DNA from: a virus
Lineage: Duplodnaviria; Caudoviricetes
Virus record (IMG/VR): IMGVR_UViG_3300028048_000079
Coordinates: 1-64,000 of that record
Length of the DNA stretch: 64,000 bases
Reading direction: 5' to 3' (one strand)
Shown in pieces: positions 1 to 9,967 of the stretch. The translations under genes were made by a program, and so were the position numbers. The notes under the pieces were generated by a model that was given only the letters and a program-made list of their open reading frames with translations, searched no databases and was not told the origin of the DNA. The stretch's first letter is position 1, and the number at the start of each line of letters is the position of its first letter.

Positions 1-2
1 TT

Positions 3-326
3 GAAAATTGTGATTCAATAGGTAATGAAGTAAAAGTTACTAACGGTATCTCATATGTCATGGCTGATGCCGGTGGGGATTGGGAATGTCCTGTGCTTTT
101 CTTTATGTATTGGGATGGCTCTAAATTCAGAGGCTATGTTCCTATATATGGTAATGCCGTTAATAGGAAAAATAACTCTGCCTTTGCACAAAGTGACGAA
201 GATAGGGAATTTCTTAAAACACAAAATATACCTGAAGACGAAATAGAAAAAGCAATAGGTAATATTGATTATGATAAGAATGCTTGTCTTAAAGACTTCA
301 AATCAAGAGTTAAACTAAGACTATAA
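3..326 (+). CDS. Hypothetical phage protein, 5'-truncated by window edge
   Basis: Frame 3 is open from the window start into the 60..326 ORF; GGDWECPV...YWDG...RGY.P..GN motif. Confidence 0.7.
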   Translation, partial: ENCDSIGNEVKVTNGISYVMADAGGDWECPVLFFMYWDGSKFRGYVPIYGNAVNRKNNSAFAQSDEDREFLKTQNIPEDEIEKAIGNIDYDKNACLKDFKSRVKLRL

Positions 327-458
327 TATAGCAATTGAATGCCAAGACTTACATAAACTATAATGAAAATATTATTGAAAAACTTAATGAAATACTTGCC
401 AAAATTCAAAAGGTTTAATATTTATAGCAAAATAAAGAATTTAAAAAGTTAACTAAAT

Positions 459-821
459 ATGAGAACATGTTTGGAGAAAGTGTCTATGGACTCAAGACAT
501 ACCCAGGAGGTGCGCAGTGACTATAATAGGGATAATCAATATAGTGCAACACATGAGGATGCTTTAGCAGGTGGAAAACTTGGTAGAGGAACCGGGCATG
601 GCGGACACACATTCTGGCTTCCAAATTGCAATGGAACAATTGGTATTATAAATTATTCAAACTTTGATACCAGTCCATCAAGTATGGCTGGTACGGATAT
701 TGATAATGAAACTCGTAACATTGCAATGGCAAGAAGCCTGTACAATTATGAGAATCAATATTCGGCAAGGATAATTGATAGTTCCATGAATATTCGTGAG
801 GGCCAATATGTAGTACCCTAA
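459..821 (+). CDS. Hypothetical late/virion protein
   Basis: 120-aa ORF; TATTTAT motif at 419-425; terminator downstream. Confidence 0.7.
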   Translation: MRTCLEKVSMDSRHTQEVRSDYNRDNQYSATHEDALAGGKLGRGTGHGGHTFWLPNCNGTIGIINYSNFDTSPSSMAGTDIDNETRNIAMARSLYNYENQYSARIIDSSMNIREGQYVVP

Positions 822-844
822 TGTATAATAATGTTAATTTTATT

Positions 845-873
845 AGGCCATTTGATTTTTGAATGGCCTTTTT
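845..873 (+). terminator. Intrinsic terminator
   Basis: AGGCCATT/AATGGCCT stem followed by T-tract. Confidence 0.6.
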
Positions 874-888
874 ATATATTTATAATAT

Positions 889-1806
889 ATGTTAACAGAG
901 TTATTAGAGCAAATACTTAACGAGTCTGTATCAATCAATAACATTGATGATGCAATTGATAATCACAAGAGGATAATTATCAATTATCACTCCAATGGTG
1001 AGGACATCGCAACGGGTGCCCGTGTGATTGAAGTATATGCTTATGGCCTGACAAAAGCAGGTAACCCTGTAATAAGAGCATTTCAACCTTATGGTGATAC
1101 AACATCTAAAGTACCGTCATGGAAATTCTTCAGACTTGATAGGATTTCAGGATGGGAGGATACCGGTCAAACATTCAGCAGGCCTGCATCTGATTATTAT
1201 AAGGGACTTGGTGAATTTAATCCTGATGATGATAAAACCATGAGTGTTGTCTATAAGATAGCGACATTTGGTGACGATGAAAATAAGATTGATAATTTCA
1301 TTACCAACACAAATCCGAAATTAAAACCGAATTTGTTCAAGACTGATAGTGAAAAGAATTTGGAGAGGTTAAAACAGCAAGTAATCAACCCAATTAAACT
1401 ATCAGATATAAAAACTAAAAATGGGTTTAAGAATATTCAAGAACCGTCTTTAGAAACAGGTCCGAAATTAAAACCACAAGCGAAGAAAAAACCTGAATTA
1501 TATCGTACTGATACTGAACGTGGTTTGGAAAGGCTGAAACAGCAGTTACAGAACCCAAAGAAGATAGATTTGGACAAGTTGACTCAAAAAAATAAACCAA
1601 GCAAAGAAGATGAGAAAGAATTGGCAGATTTGAGGAACAAACTTGGCGATACTTCTAAGCCTATTAAGATGAAAGACCTTAATAACAGATTAGCAGGTAA
1701 ATCTGAAGAACCATATCGTACAGACACAGAACGTAATATGGAAAAATTAAGGCAGCAATTGGAAAATCCCAAAAAGATGGATTTAACCAATATGCCTAAG
1801 AGATAA
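889..1806 (+). CDS. WYL-domain protein with C-terminal helical repeats
   Basis: I.YH...R.IE.YAYG...AFQ...WKFFRLDRI WYL signature; three xTD(S/T)ExxLExLxQQxxNP repeats; N-terminal LTELLEQILNES. Confidence 0.8.
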   Translation: MLTELLEQILNESVSINNIDDAIDNHKRIIINYHSNGEDIATGARVIEVYAYGLTKAGNPVIRAFQPYGDTTSKVPSWKFFRLDRISGWEDTGQTFSRPASDYYKGLGEFNPDDDKTMSVVYKIATFGDDENKIDNFITNTNPKLKPNLFKTDSEKNLERLKQQVINPIKLSDIKTKNGFKNIQEPSLETGPKLKPQAKKKPELYRTDTERGLERLKQQLQNPKKIDLDKLTQKNKPSKEDEKELADLRNKLGDTSKPIKMKDLNNRLAGKSEEPYRTDTERNMEKLRQQLENPKKMDLTNMPKR

Positions 1807-1868
1807 TTAGGCTTGACTTAATGTTATAGGTAAACTATTTTTATTATATATTTGACATATTTTTCACA

Positions 1869-2540
1869 ATGGACTTAAAAAGCAAACTTAAAACAGCCAA
1901 AAATATAGCAACCGAAACCCCAATTTCAGAAAGGGTAATACCAAGACAGAGTGTTGACACCTTTGTCGGTAATGTTTCAAGTCTTGATGAAAAGGTTTTC
2001 GGAAAGGAATTGATTTATGATGACAACAGCCCGGCACCTTATGATGCAAAAGCCGAAATGAAGATGATTAAGGAAATAGGCGTACCAACCGATAAAATCA
2101 GTCTTAGCAAGCTACCTGATGCAATTAAGGAGTCAATAGCGAGAAATCCTCTGGTTTTACAACCTGTTGACCCTAAGATGGATGCATTCACGGCTAAACT
2201 CGCAGCCGTACAAGGTGTACAGAAAGCTACAAGCATTATAAATCAGCTTGATGAGGCAGACCAAGAAAAAGAAAACATGCGTAAGCCTTTAAATGAGGTT
2301 GTAAATGCAGCACCCATTGACTATTCAATGATTAAGACAATAGTTGAGAATGCTGTTAAATCGTTAAAGTCAGAAATCAAGAATGAACTCAACGAGTCTA
2401 TCAGCCGAGTCAATAGGAATAATGATTCTTCATTAAAAGTTATGAAGATGTCAGATAAGTTCCTTTTCCTTGACTCTGACAACAACATCTTCGAGTGTCA
2501 AATGGTATACAAAGGTAAAAATAAAACCAAAAAAGCATAA
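1869..2540 (+). CDS. Hypothetical protein (possible head-associated, LNE motifs)
   Basis: 223-aa ORF with phage-like composition. Confidence 0.7.
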   Translation: MDLKSKLKTAKNIATETPISERVIPRQSVDTFVGNVSSLDEKVFGKELIYDDNSPAPYDAKAEMKMIKEIGVPTDKISLSKLPDAIKESIARNPLVLQPVDPKMDAFTAKLAAVQGVQKATSIINQLDEADQEKENMRKPLNEVVNAAPIDYSMIKTIVENAVKSLKSEIKNELNESISRVNRNNDSSLKVMKMSDKFLFLDSDNNIFECQMVYKGKNKTKKA

Positions 2541-2598
2541 AAAATCTCTATATTAACATTTTTAAATGGTGGAAGAAGAAGTTTTTCTGCCATTTATT

Positions 2599-2630
2599 TT
2601 TGTTTTTGAAATAAAAGTAGTATCTTTGCA
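2599..2630 (+). promoter_or_regulatory. Bacteroidota sigma-A-type promoter (-33 TTTG / -7 TAnnTTTG)
   Basis: TTTG 2599-2602 and TATCTTTG 2621-2628, upstream of the 2657 operon. Confidence 0.75.
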
Positions 2631-2656
2631 ACTGAAAACAGAAAATTGTATAAGAT

Positions 2657-3271
2657 ATGTTATCAATTGAAAAGATTAATTTAAACTACATCACCTTTTG
2701 TAACAAGTTAAAGAAATATAACTGTTATTCTGATGAAATGATTTCAGAAATCGGTGATTTAATAAAGGATTGCAGTTTCTCTATGACAGATGAAACGGGT
2801 TCTGCTTATCAAGGGTCAATGATTGATGTCGTGCTTAATCATCTATGCCAAGTTGCTTATAGTATCAATGAAATTGTCCTTGGTCCGAATAGCAAGTTTG
2901 CTAACATGAGGGTTAATTCCGATATGCTTATGCGTGTACTTTTACTTCAGCATATTGGAAAAGCAGAAATATTTATTCCGTCAAGAGATAGTTGGAAAAT
3001 CAAAAAAGGAATGCTTTATGAATTTAATAATAATACTAAAGCAACATTGAAACTTGGCGAACGTTCTCTTTATCTCTGTCAGAAATACGGAATAACCCTT
3101 TCAGAGGAAGAATATGAAGCAATCAGAATAATTGATAAACTTGACGATGATAAAGTTAATTCATATATAACCCCACTTTGTTTGATTGTTAAAATGGCAA
3201 ATCAATTTGTGGCAGTTGAAATGAGACAAAAATACATTAATAATATTAAACAAGAAACAATTGAAGAGTAA
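2657..3271 (+). CDS. HD-domain-like protein, degenerate metal motif
   Basis: LLQHIGK where HD hydrolases have LLHDxGK; ERSLYL..KYGI.L.EEEYEAI helix pattern. Confidence 0.55.
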   Translation: MLSIEKINLNYITFCNKLKKYNCYSDEMISEIGDLIKDCSFSMTDETGSAYQGSMIDVVLNHLCQVAYSINEIVLGPNSKFANMRVNSDMLMRVLLLQHIGKAEIFIPSRDSWKIKKGMLYEFNNNTKATLKLGERSLYLCQKYGITLSEEEYEAIRIIDKLDDDKVNSYITPLCLIVKMANQFVAVEMRQKYINNIKQETIEE

Positions 3272-3276
3272 AAATT

Positions 3277-3831
3277 ATGTTCGGAAGAAAAATAACAATT
3301 AATTACAACGGCCTTGTTGATACTAAATTTGAAGAAGATATACAAAAACTTGAATTTGTAAATAAGTCACCAAATAAAGACCCATATTACGAACATGAAG
3401 GTGACAGTGGTTTTGATTTACGTGCGTGGATTACTGCTGATGAACAAGGTGCAAAACTCGATAAGAAAACCAATGAGGTATCAATCACGTTAAAACCACT
3501 TGAGCGTAGGATGATACACACAGGGTTGTATTTCAAATTACCGAAATATACAGAAATGCAAATAAGACCTCGTAGTGGATTTGCTATTAAGGAAGGACTT
3601 TCCCTAATTAATGCAGTTGCAACCATTGACTCCAATTTCAGAGGTGAGGTATGCATTCTTGCTGTTAATCTCTCTAATAAGAATATTGTAATCAAGTCAG
3701 GAGAAAGAATTGCACAAGGAATATTATGTCCTGTATATAATTCTTACCTTGTTAATTTAACAAATGTGGAAAATATTTCAGAAGATACAGACCGTGGTGC
3801 AAACGGTTATGGAAGTAGTGGTAAAAGTTAA
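3277..3831 (+). CDS. dut: Trimeric dUTPase
   Basis: Motifs GDSGFDL, RPRSG, TIDSNFRGE, GERIAQG, RGANGYGSSG. Confidence 0.95.
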   Translation: MFGRKITINYNGLVDTKFEEDIQKLEFVNKSPNKDPYYEHEGDSGFDLRAWITADEQGAKLDKKTNEVSITLKPLERRMIHTGLYFKLPKYTEMQIRPRSGFAIKEGLSLINAVATIDSNFRGEVCILAVNLSNKNIVIKSGERIAQGILCPVYNSYLVNLTNVENISEDTDRGANGYGSSGKS

Positions 3832-3845
3832 TTAAAAATTAAATT

Positions 3846-4865
3846 ATGTTAAACAAAAAGACAGTACTTTACAGTTTAAAGGATGTAGCCATTATGCCGG
3901 CTGCAATTTCAACAATTGAACATCGTAGTGAATGCAACCCATATTACAAGGACGGAAAATTGCCAATATTCACAGCACCTATGCCTTGTGTAGTAGACTC
4001 TAACACATATAGCAGATTTGAAGAATATGGTATTAATGCAATACTTCCAAGAACAGAAGATATTGGTGTAAGACTATATAATTGTGATAAACGTTGGTGT
4101 GCTTTTTCACTTTCTGAATTTGAAAATAAATTCATAGAAAGAAAGGTTGAAAGTTCAAATTTGTATATTCTGATTGATATTGCCAATGGTAATATGAAGA
4201 AGTTATATGACTTATCCAAAGAGGCTAAGGAATACTATGGTGACAGAATGAAATTGATGGTTGGGAATGTTGCTAATCCAGAAACTTTCCGTAAATTCTG
4301 TGAAATTAATGTTGACTATGTAAGATGTAGTGTGGGAAGTGGCCAAGCTTGTATAACAGCGACTTCGATTGGACTATTGTATCCTATGGCCTCACTTATT
4401 GATGATTGCTATAGAATTAAAACAGATTATGGATTTAAAACAAAAATCGTTGCCGATGGCGGTCTTTCAAGTTACCGACGTATGATAAAGGCACTCGCAT
4501 TAGGTGCTGATTACATTATGCTGGGAAGTACATTGAATAAACTTGAAGATAGTGCAGGTGAAATTATCCCACGTATGGTCATAGATGAAGAAACCGGTAA
4601 ACTTGTTCAAGGCAAAGTAAAAGAATATTACGGTATGGCTTCTGAAAAGGGTATGGCGATGCTTGGGAAGAAAGGAACCCCTGAAGGTAAGACTATTTAT
4701 AATAAATGCAAAGGAACAATTCAGAGTTTTACTACTGAGTTTATTGATTATCTGAAATCAGCAATGTCTTATTGTAATATAAGAGATATTGAGTACTTTA
4801 TAGGCGGACCGGAACTTAACATCCTAAGTTCAAATGCCTCTAATCAGTTTAATCAAACAGCATAG
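3846..4865 (+). CDS. IMP dehydrogenase / GMP reductase family (no CBS domain)
   Basis: TAPM, IDIANG, VGNVA, catalytic loop VGSGQACIT, IVADGG, KALALGADYIMLG, YYGMAS. Confidence 0.9.
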   Translation: MLNKKTVLYSLKDVAIMPAAISTIEHRSECNPYYKDGKLPIFTAPMPCVVDSNTYSRFEEYGINAILPRTEDIGVRLYNCDKRWCAFSLSEFENKFIERKVESSNLYILIDIANGNMKKLYDLSKEAKEYYGDRMKLMVGNVANPETFRKFCEINVDYVRCSVGSGQACITATSIGLLYPMASLIDDCYRIKTDYGFKTKIVADGGLSSYRRMIKALALGADYIMLGSTLNKLEDSAGEIIPRMVIDEETGKLVQGKVKEYYGMASEKGMAMLGKKGTPEGKTIYNKCKGTIQSFTTEFIDYLKSAMSYCNIRDIEYFIGGPELNILSSNASNQFNQTA

Positions 4866-4898
4866 GCTTTTTTAGCATAAGTATTAGATATTTTTTGG

Positions 4899-4937
4899 TG
4901 CAGACAGTTTTTTTAATAGGCTGTCTGCATTTTTTTG
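4899..4937 (+). terminator. Intrinsic terminator
   Basis: TGCAGACAG/CTGTCTGCA stem plus T-tract after the IMPDH-family gene. Confidence 0.7.
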
Positions 4938-4987
4938 TTTATTTTTATTTAGCAAATATATATATTAATTAATATATTTAACTAAAC

Positions 4988-5221
4988 ATGTTTAATTTTC
5001 TTACAGCCACAGAACTTGATGCATATATTAACTTATGCGAACGTAATATGGAGTTTCTTGCAATGCAAAGAAGACTTAATCCGACAGATAGGGTAATTAA
5101 CAAAGATTACAATCAAATGTTATCACTTCGTAAAAGACTTTATACTGAGGCAAATAAAAGATTAAAAGAATTAATTGAAAAAGAAAATGAACCCACTGAG
5201 AAGACTATACAACAGGATTAA
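4988..5221 (+). CDS. Hypothetical protein
   Basis: 77-aa ORF in operon context. Confidence 0.6.
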   Translation: MFNFLTATELDAYINLCERNMEFLAMQRRLNPTDRVINKDYNQMLSLRKRLYTEANKRLKELIEKENEPTEKTIQQD

Positions 5222-6347
5222 TGCTTATTGGATTGGCTTATTATATGGTTTAAAGGAAACAAATGATGTTGTTTTCACACAAGCAGGTAATGACGTTAAT
5301 GCTGGTACAGAAATCCAACAACAAGTATCTGAAAACAGAGTATCAAAGGATTTGCTTAAAGGTGAAGTAACACAGCAAGTAGAGGAACTACGTTACCGTA
5401 CATATAAAGTTGACCGTGAGTCAAAGCAGTTTGAATATTTTTCACCGACTAAGGCACTGCGTTACGAAAAACAAGATAGTAAATTTGTGAAATATGATAA
5501 TAGTGACAATCTTGAACTTATCACTATTCAGCCAAATCATGCACAAACTGCAAATGTGTATGATGCTACTAAGGATATTGACTTTATGCAAGCTGAATTA
5601 TCCGATAAACAAGGTAATGTCAAGATAAATGTCGGTCACTTTGATGTTGAAAACACATATAATATCAAGATTGAGCGTGATTTCATGCCACGTTTCAGAC
5701 TTGAAGTGTATACAACAAGGCTTGTTGTTAAAAAACTTGATGACAAGGATAACATGATACTTGATTTCTATGTCAGCAAATATCCACAAGAAAAAGATAT
5801 GAAATCAATTTATTTCATTAAGGAAGTTGAAAAGATGCTTTCTGGTTATAGACAGTCTGATATTACATCAATGAGCCGTATTTCATTTGTAACATCTCAT
5901 GCATATGGTCTTAATGATATGATTGAATTTAAATTTGACCACATCTACTTCAGAGATATCCTAGAATATGATGGTCATTACGTTTTGAAATTCAAAGCGC
6001 ATGCTTATGTTAATGGTAAAGACCAAACTGACGAATATTATTCAAAAACAATGGATGAAAAATATAAAAACCACGAAAGGAAAGAAGTAGTAATAGATGC
6101 ATTTGGTGGAGGAAACAAGCACGAAACATTTATCTGTGATGAATGTGGAAAGGAAATTGAATATGATACTGAGGCTATTGACGATATGGCAGCAACACAA
6201 GGCAGAGATATTATGGATGACGAAATTGAAGAAGATAATGGCATAATGTCATATATTGACTTACAGATTGCTGAGCAGACATTTGGAAAGAAGTTATGCA
6301 AAGACTGCCTAAAAAAATACTTAAATAACATGAATAAACAGAAATAA
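5187..6347 (+). CDS. Hypothetical protein with split C-terminal Zn finger
   Basis: CDECG...LCKDC; start moved to ATG 5187. Confidence 0.7.
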   Translation: MNPLRRLYNRINAYWIGLLYGLKETNDVVFTQAGNDVNAGTEIQQQVSENRVSKDLLKGEVTQQVEELRYRTYKVDRESKQFEYFSPTKALRYEKQDSKFVKYDNSDNLELITIQPNHAQTANVYDATKDIDFMQAELSDKQGNVKINVGHFDVENTYNIKIERDFMPRFRLEVYTTRLVVKKLDDKDNMILDFYVSKYPQEKDMKSIYFIKEVEKMLSGYRQSDITSMSRISFVTSHAYGLNDMIEFKFDHIYFRDILEYDGHYVLKFKAHAYVNGKDQTDEYYSKTMDEKYKNHERKEVVIDAFGGGNKHETFICDECGKEIEYDTEAIDDMAATQGRDIMDDEIEEDNGIMSYIDLQIAEQTFGKKLCKDCLKKYLNNMNKQK

Positions 6348-6352
6348 ACGGC

Positions 6353-6862
6353 ATGGCAAGAGAATACGCATTTTTGATGATTAACTATGACACACCAGAG
6401 TTAATAAAAGATATTCAAAACAAACTTACCGATGATGAATTGTATATTGAAGAAGGCGAACATTACGGTATTGAAGGTGAAACACATGTAACACTTGTTC
6501 CTTGTCTTGATAACAGTGTTGATGTCAATGAACTTAGAACTATGTTACAGCCACTTGACAAATATACATTAATGCTTAACAATGTTTCAATGTTTACCAA
6601 CAACGAGAATTATGATGTTTTAAAATGTGATGCCAATTCTTTTATACTTAACGACACGAATAAGAGAATTAGAGAGAAATTCCCTTCATATAGTGAGTAT
6701 ACTGACTATCACCCACATGTTACAATTGCATATCTCAAAAAGAACATGGGTGAGCAATATTTACAGGAAATGTTATCACCGCTTATCATTTTAAAACCAA
6801 CATCATTCCACTTCAGTTATGTAGATAAAGATGGTAACGAAAAAGACTTATACTTCAAATAA
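6353..6862 (+). CDS. 2H phosphoesterase, Acb1/T4 gp57B-like (candidate anti-CBASS nuclease)
   Basis: Two HxT motifs (ETHVTL, YHPHVTIAY), 169 aa, layout resembles Acb1. Confidence 0.8.
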   Translation: MAREYAFLMINYDTPELIKDIQNKLTDDELYIEEGEHYGIEGETHVTLVPCLDNSVDVNELRTMLQPLDKYTLMLNNVSMFTNNENYDVLKCDANSFILNDTNKRIREKFPSYSEYTDYHPHVTIAYLKKNMGEQYLQEMLSPLIILKPTSFHFSYVDKDGNEKDLYFK

Positions 6863-6902
6863 TAGTTGATATTATTATAAAAAACTTATACATTAATATT
6901 GT

Positions 6903-7310
6903 ATGTGTAAAAATGCGAAAATACTTGATATAAGAGGCATCCTCGAACAACTTGAAAAAGATAACAGGTCAATTGTAGTTACATTACCGGCCAATATAGA
7001 ATGGAGTGACTATGAAAAGGAACTTGAAAGAGTTAAGGACTACAGTGAGGTTATGAATTTTAAGGTTTACAATTTTCCCAAAGGAATAAACCGTGGAGAT
7101 AAATGCTATATAGTACATAAAGGATATGTAGTTGGGTGGATGAAAATCATAGGGTTCAGCGAAAAGAATTTTAAATGTACTACAACCGGTAAAGAATATA
7201 GTGGTAAATTCATTGAAAGAAGTGGACCGTTCCATTATCTTGATACAAAAATACCAATGAAAGGTTTTCAAGGTTTTAGATATTTTAACATACTTGATTA
7301 TCAAAAATAA
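6903..7310 (+). CDS. ASCH/PUA-like domain protein
   Basis: G.KCYIVH.G.VVG strand pattern and C-terminal IPMKGFQGFRY, resembling the ASCH PxKGxQG motif. Confidence 0.5.
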   Translation: MCKNAKILDIRGILEQLEKDNRSIVVTLPANIEWSDYEKELERVKDYSEVMNFKVYNFPKGINRGDKCYIVHKGYVVGWMKIIGFSEKNFKCTTTGKEYSGKFIERSGPFHYLDTKIPMKGFQGFRYFNILDYQK

Positions 7311-7382
7311 TAGACAAAAAAATAAATTAAAAATCTGGGAAGCATTTTAGAAAATTACAAGAAACAACTCGAAGAAGATAGA

Positions 7383-7805
7383 ATGAACGAAGATAAGGAG
7401 TTCACAATGCCTTCATTTGATGATGACATTATTGGTAAATTAAATGATGTTGATAAAGAAGCAGTAGCACAAAGAGTTAAGGAATTACGTGAAGACCCTA
7501 ATGACATGGAAAACGTTTTTAAAAAGTTCCATCAGGAGTTTCCAAGACTAACTGAGAGTGAGTTAGACGAAAAGGGTGATACCAAATTAGATACTGATGT
7601 AAAACTCGTGATTAAACGTGCATTTTGCCCAAATTGTGGAAAAGAATTAGTTAGTAAGTCACCTGTAATGTATAATCCATTTACTCTTGAAAAGGTTGCA
7701 AAACATGAATGTGAGTGTGGTTTCAAGGCAAATCTCGAACATGCCTATCCAAGAATGATGTTTGTTAATTCAAACGGTGAAGAAATAAAAGCATTTGCTG
7801 ATTAA
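7383..7805 (+). CDS. Zn-ribbon protein
   Basis: CPNCG...HECECG. Confidence 0.7.
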   Translation: MNEDKEFTMPSFDDDIIGKLNDVDKEAVAQRVKELREDPNDMENVFKKFHQEFPRLTESELDEKGDTKLDTDVKLVIKRAFCPNCGKELVSKSPVMYNPFTLEKVAKHECECGFKANLEHAYPRMMFVNSNGEEIKAFAD

Positions 7806-7809
7806 TAAA

Positions 7810-8433
7810 ATGAAGATTGCAATAGACATAAATGATGTACTGAGGGATTTTACATCACAATTCAAAAACTATTATATTAAAGGTATTGACCCTTCATTTG
7901 AAATTGAAGACGATGAGATAACATCTTTTGACTTCTCTGAAATTTTCCCATTCAAGGATAGGAATGCCTACAATATGTTTAAATATGTGGATTTTGCATT
8001 TGAACTGTATGGACGTGCCGAGCCTATGGATAAAATGCTCCCATATCGTTTTAATGATTGGACGCAGAAAACCCTAAAAGACCTTGACAAGGAATATATT
8101 CCCGATATAATGCTTGTCAGCCCTTTTGAAACCGGTAAGTCAATACAATCAACATATGCATTCTTATCAAAAATCAGTTCATCAGTGAGAGAAATCTATT
8201 TTCCTGTTGACTCTTCTACGATATGGGACAGATGTGATATATTAATTACGGCAAACCCAAATCTCATTGAAAATGCACCGGAAGGAAAAACAGTGGTTAA
8301 GATAGAAATGCCTTACAATAAGAATGTTGAAACAAAATATACCTTCAAATCCTTGATGGATGTCATCAATGACGAAAACGAAACAATTATAAAAATTTTA
8401 ACCGGTGAAGAAAATGGAGCAAAAGCAGAATAA
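7810..8433 (+). CDS. HAD-fold 5'(3')-nucleotidase-like protein
   Basis: KIAIDINDVLRDF motif I variant; C-terminal PYN; start at ATG 7810. Confidence 0.65.
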   Translation: MKIAIDINDVLRDFTSQFKNYYIKGIDPSFEIEDDEITSFDFSEIFPFKDRNAYNMFKYVDFAFELYGRAEPMDKMLPYRFNDWTQKTLKDLDKEYIPDIMLVSPFETGKSIQSTYAFLSKISSSVREIYFPVDSSTIWDRCDILITANPNLIENAPEGKTVVKIEMPYNKNVETKYTFKSLMDVINDENETIIKILTGEENGAKAE

Positions 8434-8776
8434 AAAAAGATACGCAATAAATTTTGAGAAATTCTTTGAACTCGTTTCTAAGAAAAATCAAAACGAAAAG
8501 AATAATGAGTCTACCATTACAGAAATTTGGCAACCTGACACAGATGGAGAATTGCAAATTGTAAACAAGGAAATGGTAGATAACAAATATGATACAAACA
8601 ATAATCTTTGCAGTTTGAGATATGATTTCTTGAATGGACTGATTAATCAAATACTTTCTGTATATATGACGACACCGGAAAACCAACTTTTCAGAAATGA
8701 AAATCAAATGAGTTTCGGACAGAGAATTATCTTTGAAACATTCCTAAGAGAGGGTGTAATTTACGAAATTAAATAA
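8414..8776 (+). CDS. Hypothetical protein
   Basis: ORF coupled to neighbours. Confidence 0.65.
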   Translation: MEQKQNKKRYAINFEKFFELVSKKNQNEKNNESTITEIWQPDTDGELQIVNKEMVDNKYDTNNNLCSLRYDFLNGLINQILSVYMTTPENQLFRNENQMSFGQRIIFETFLREGVIYEIK

Positions 8777-8794
8777 CTTTTGAAGAATTTAACA

Positions 8795-9967
8795 ATGGAT
8801 AACAAGAAAAATAAGGAAGTAATAAAGCGCATTGAAAATGCGATTTCTACTGTTAAGAACAAAGAGTCTGTACTATATTTCTTTGTAGCAGATGCAAGGA
8901 ATGTGCCTAATGCTAAAATGGAGTACATATATGAACTTGCATACACGTTGCAAGAAATGAAATACAATGTATGCATGCTTTATCAACTTGACAACGAATA
9001 TACCCAAAAGGAATTAAAAGAACTAACAGCCAAAGAAAAACCGATTGATGAACGCAGACAATTTATTGGTGTTACTGATTGGCTTGGTGAACGTTATGGT
9101 AAGTTGAAGCATCTCAATATTTCAAAAGGAACATGGAGTGTATCACCATCAGACTTCTTGTTCATACCTGAAGCATTTGCAAGCCTCATGAAAGAGACAT
9201 ATGACAAACATGTTACCTGTAAGAGATACGTGATTGTACAGAATTTCAGACACATCACTGAATTTATTCCTTTCGGAGACCAATGGGCAAGCTATGGCAT
9301 TACAGATGCAATTACAACAACATCCAGACAAGCAGATTTGGTGAAATCAGTATTTAAGTATGTTAAAACATATGTTGTGCCACCTTATTTTCCTGAATAT
9401 TTCAGAAAGCCGCTTACAGCTAAGAAACTCATTGTAAATGTAGTTACGAAGACAAAAGAGGACGCTGAACATATTGTTAAGATGTTCTATTGGAAATATC
9501 TTCCTTTCCGTTTTGTACCTTTCCGTTTCTTAGTTAATTTCCCAAGAGAAAAATATGCTGAAATGCTTCAAGAGGGTGCAATCACTGTTTGGGTTGACCA
9601 AGATGCATCATTTGGTAACAATGCTCTTGAGTCTATGCGTTGTGGTAACATTGTCATTGGTAAAATTCCTGATAATATACCTGAATGGATGACTGACGAA
9701 AACGGTGAAATTCTTCCAAATGGCCTTTGGGTTGATGATATTAACGCAATACCGGATGTACTTGCATCTGTTATCAATGAATGGGTAGAAGATGAGATTT
9801 CTCCTAAACTTTATGATGAGATGGATAAGACAAATAACAAATATACCTATGAAGAGTGGGAGAAAAACGTTAAGTATATGATTGAAGACATTTTCAATAA
9901 GAGAATTGCTGAATTTGCATCAGTCAAAGAAATTACAGAAAATAAAATCAAAGGAGAGAATAGCTAA
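8795..9967 (+). CDS. Glycosyltransferase (GT-B-like)
   Basis: LFIPE, ASFGNNALESMRCGNIVIG (variant of EgFGlxxlEAmacG). Confidence 0.7.
   Translation: MDNKKNKEVIKRIENAISTVKNKESVLYFFVADARNVPNAKMEYIYELAYTLQEMKYNVCMLYQLDNEYTQKELKELTAKEKPIDERRQFIGVTDWLGERYGKLKHLNISKGTWSVSPSDFLFIPEAFASLMKETYDKHVTCKRYVIVQNFRHITEFIPFGDQWASYGITDAITTTSRQADLVKSVFKYVKTYVVPPYFPEYFRKPLTAKKLIVNVVTKTKEDAEHIVKMFYWKYLPFRFVPFRFLVNFPREKYAEMLQEGAITVWVDQDASFGNNALESMRCGNIVIGKIPDNIPEWMTDENGEILPNGLWVDDINAIPDVLASVINEWVEDEISPKLYDEMDKTNNKYTYEEWEKNVKYMIEDIFNKRIAEFASVKEITENKIKGENS

Noticed and set aside
2657-3271. Active HD hydrolase for Z-base (DatZ-type) or other modified-base synthesis
   Set aside because: The HD dyad is replaced (LLQHIGK) and no PurZ-like gene is in the window
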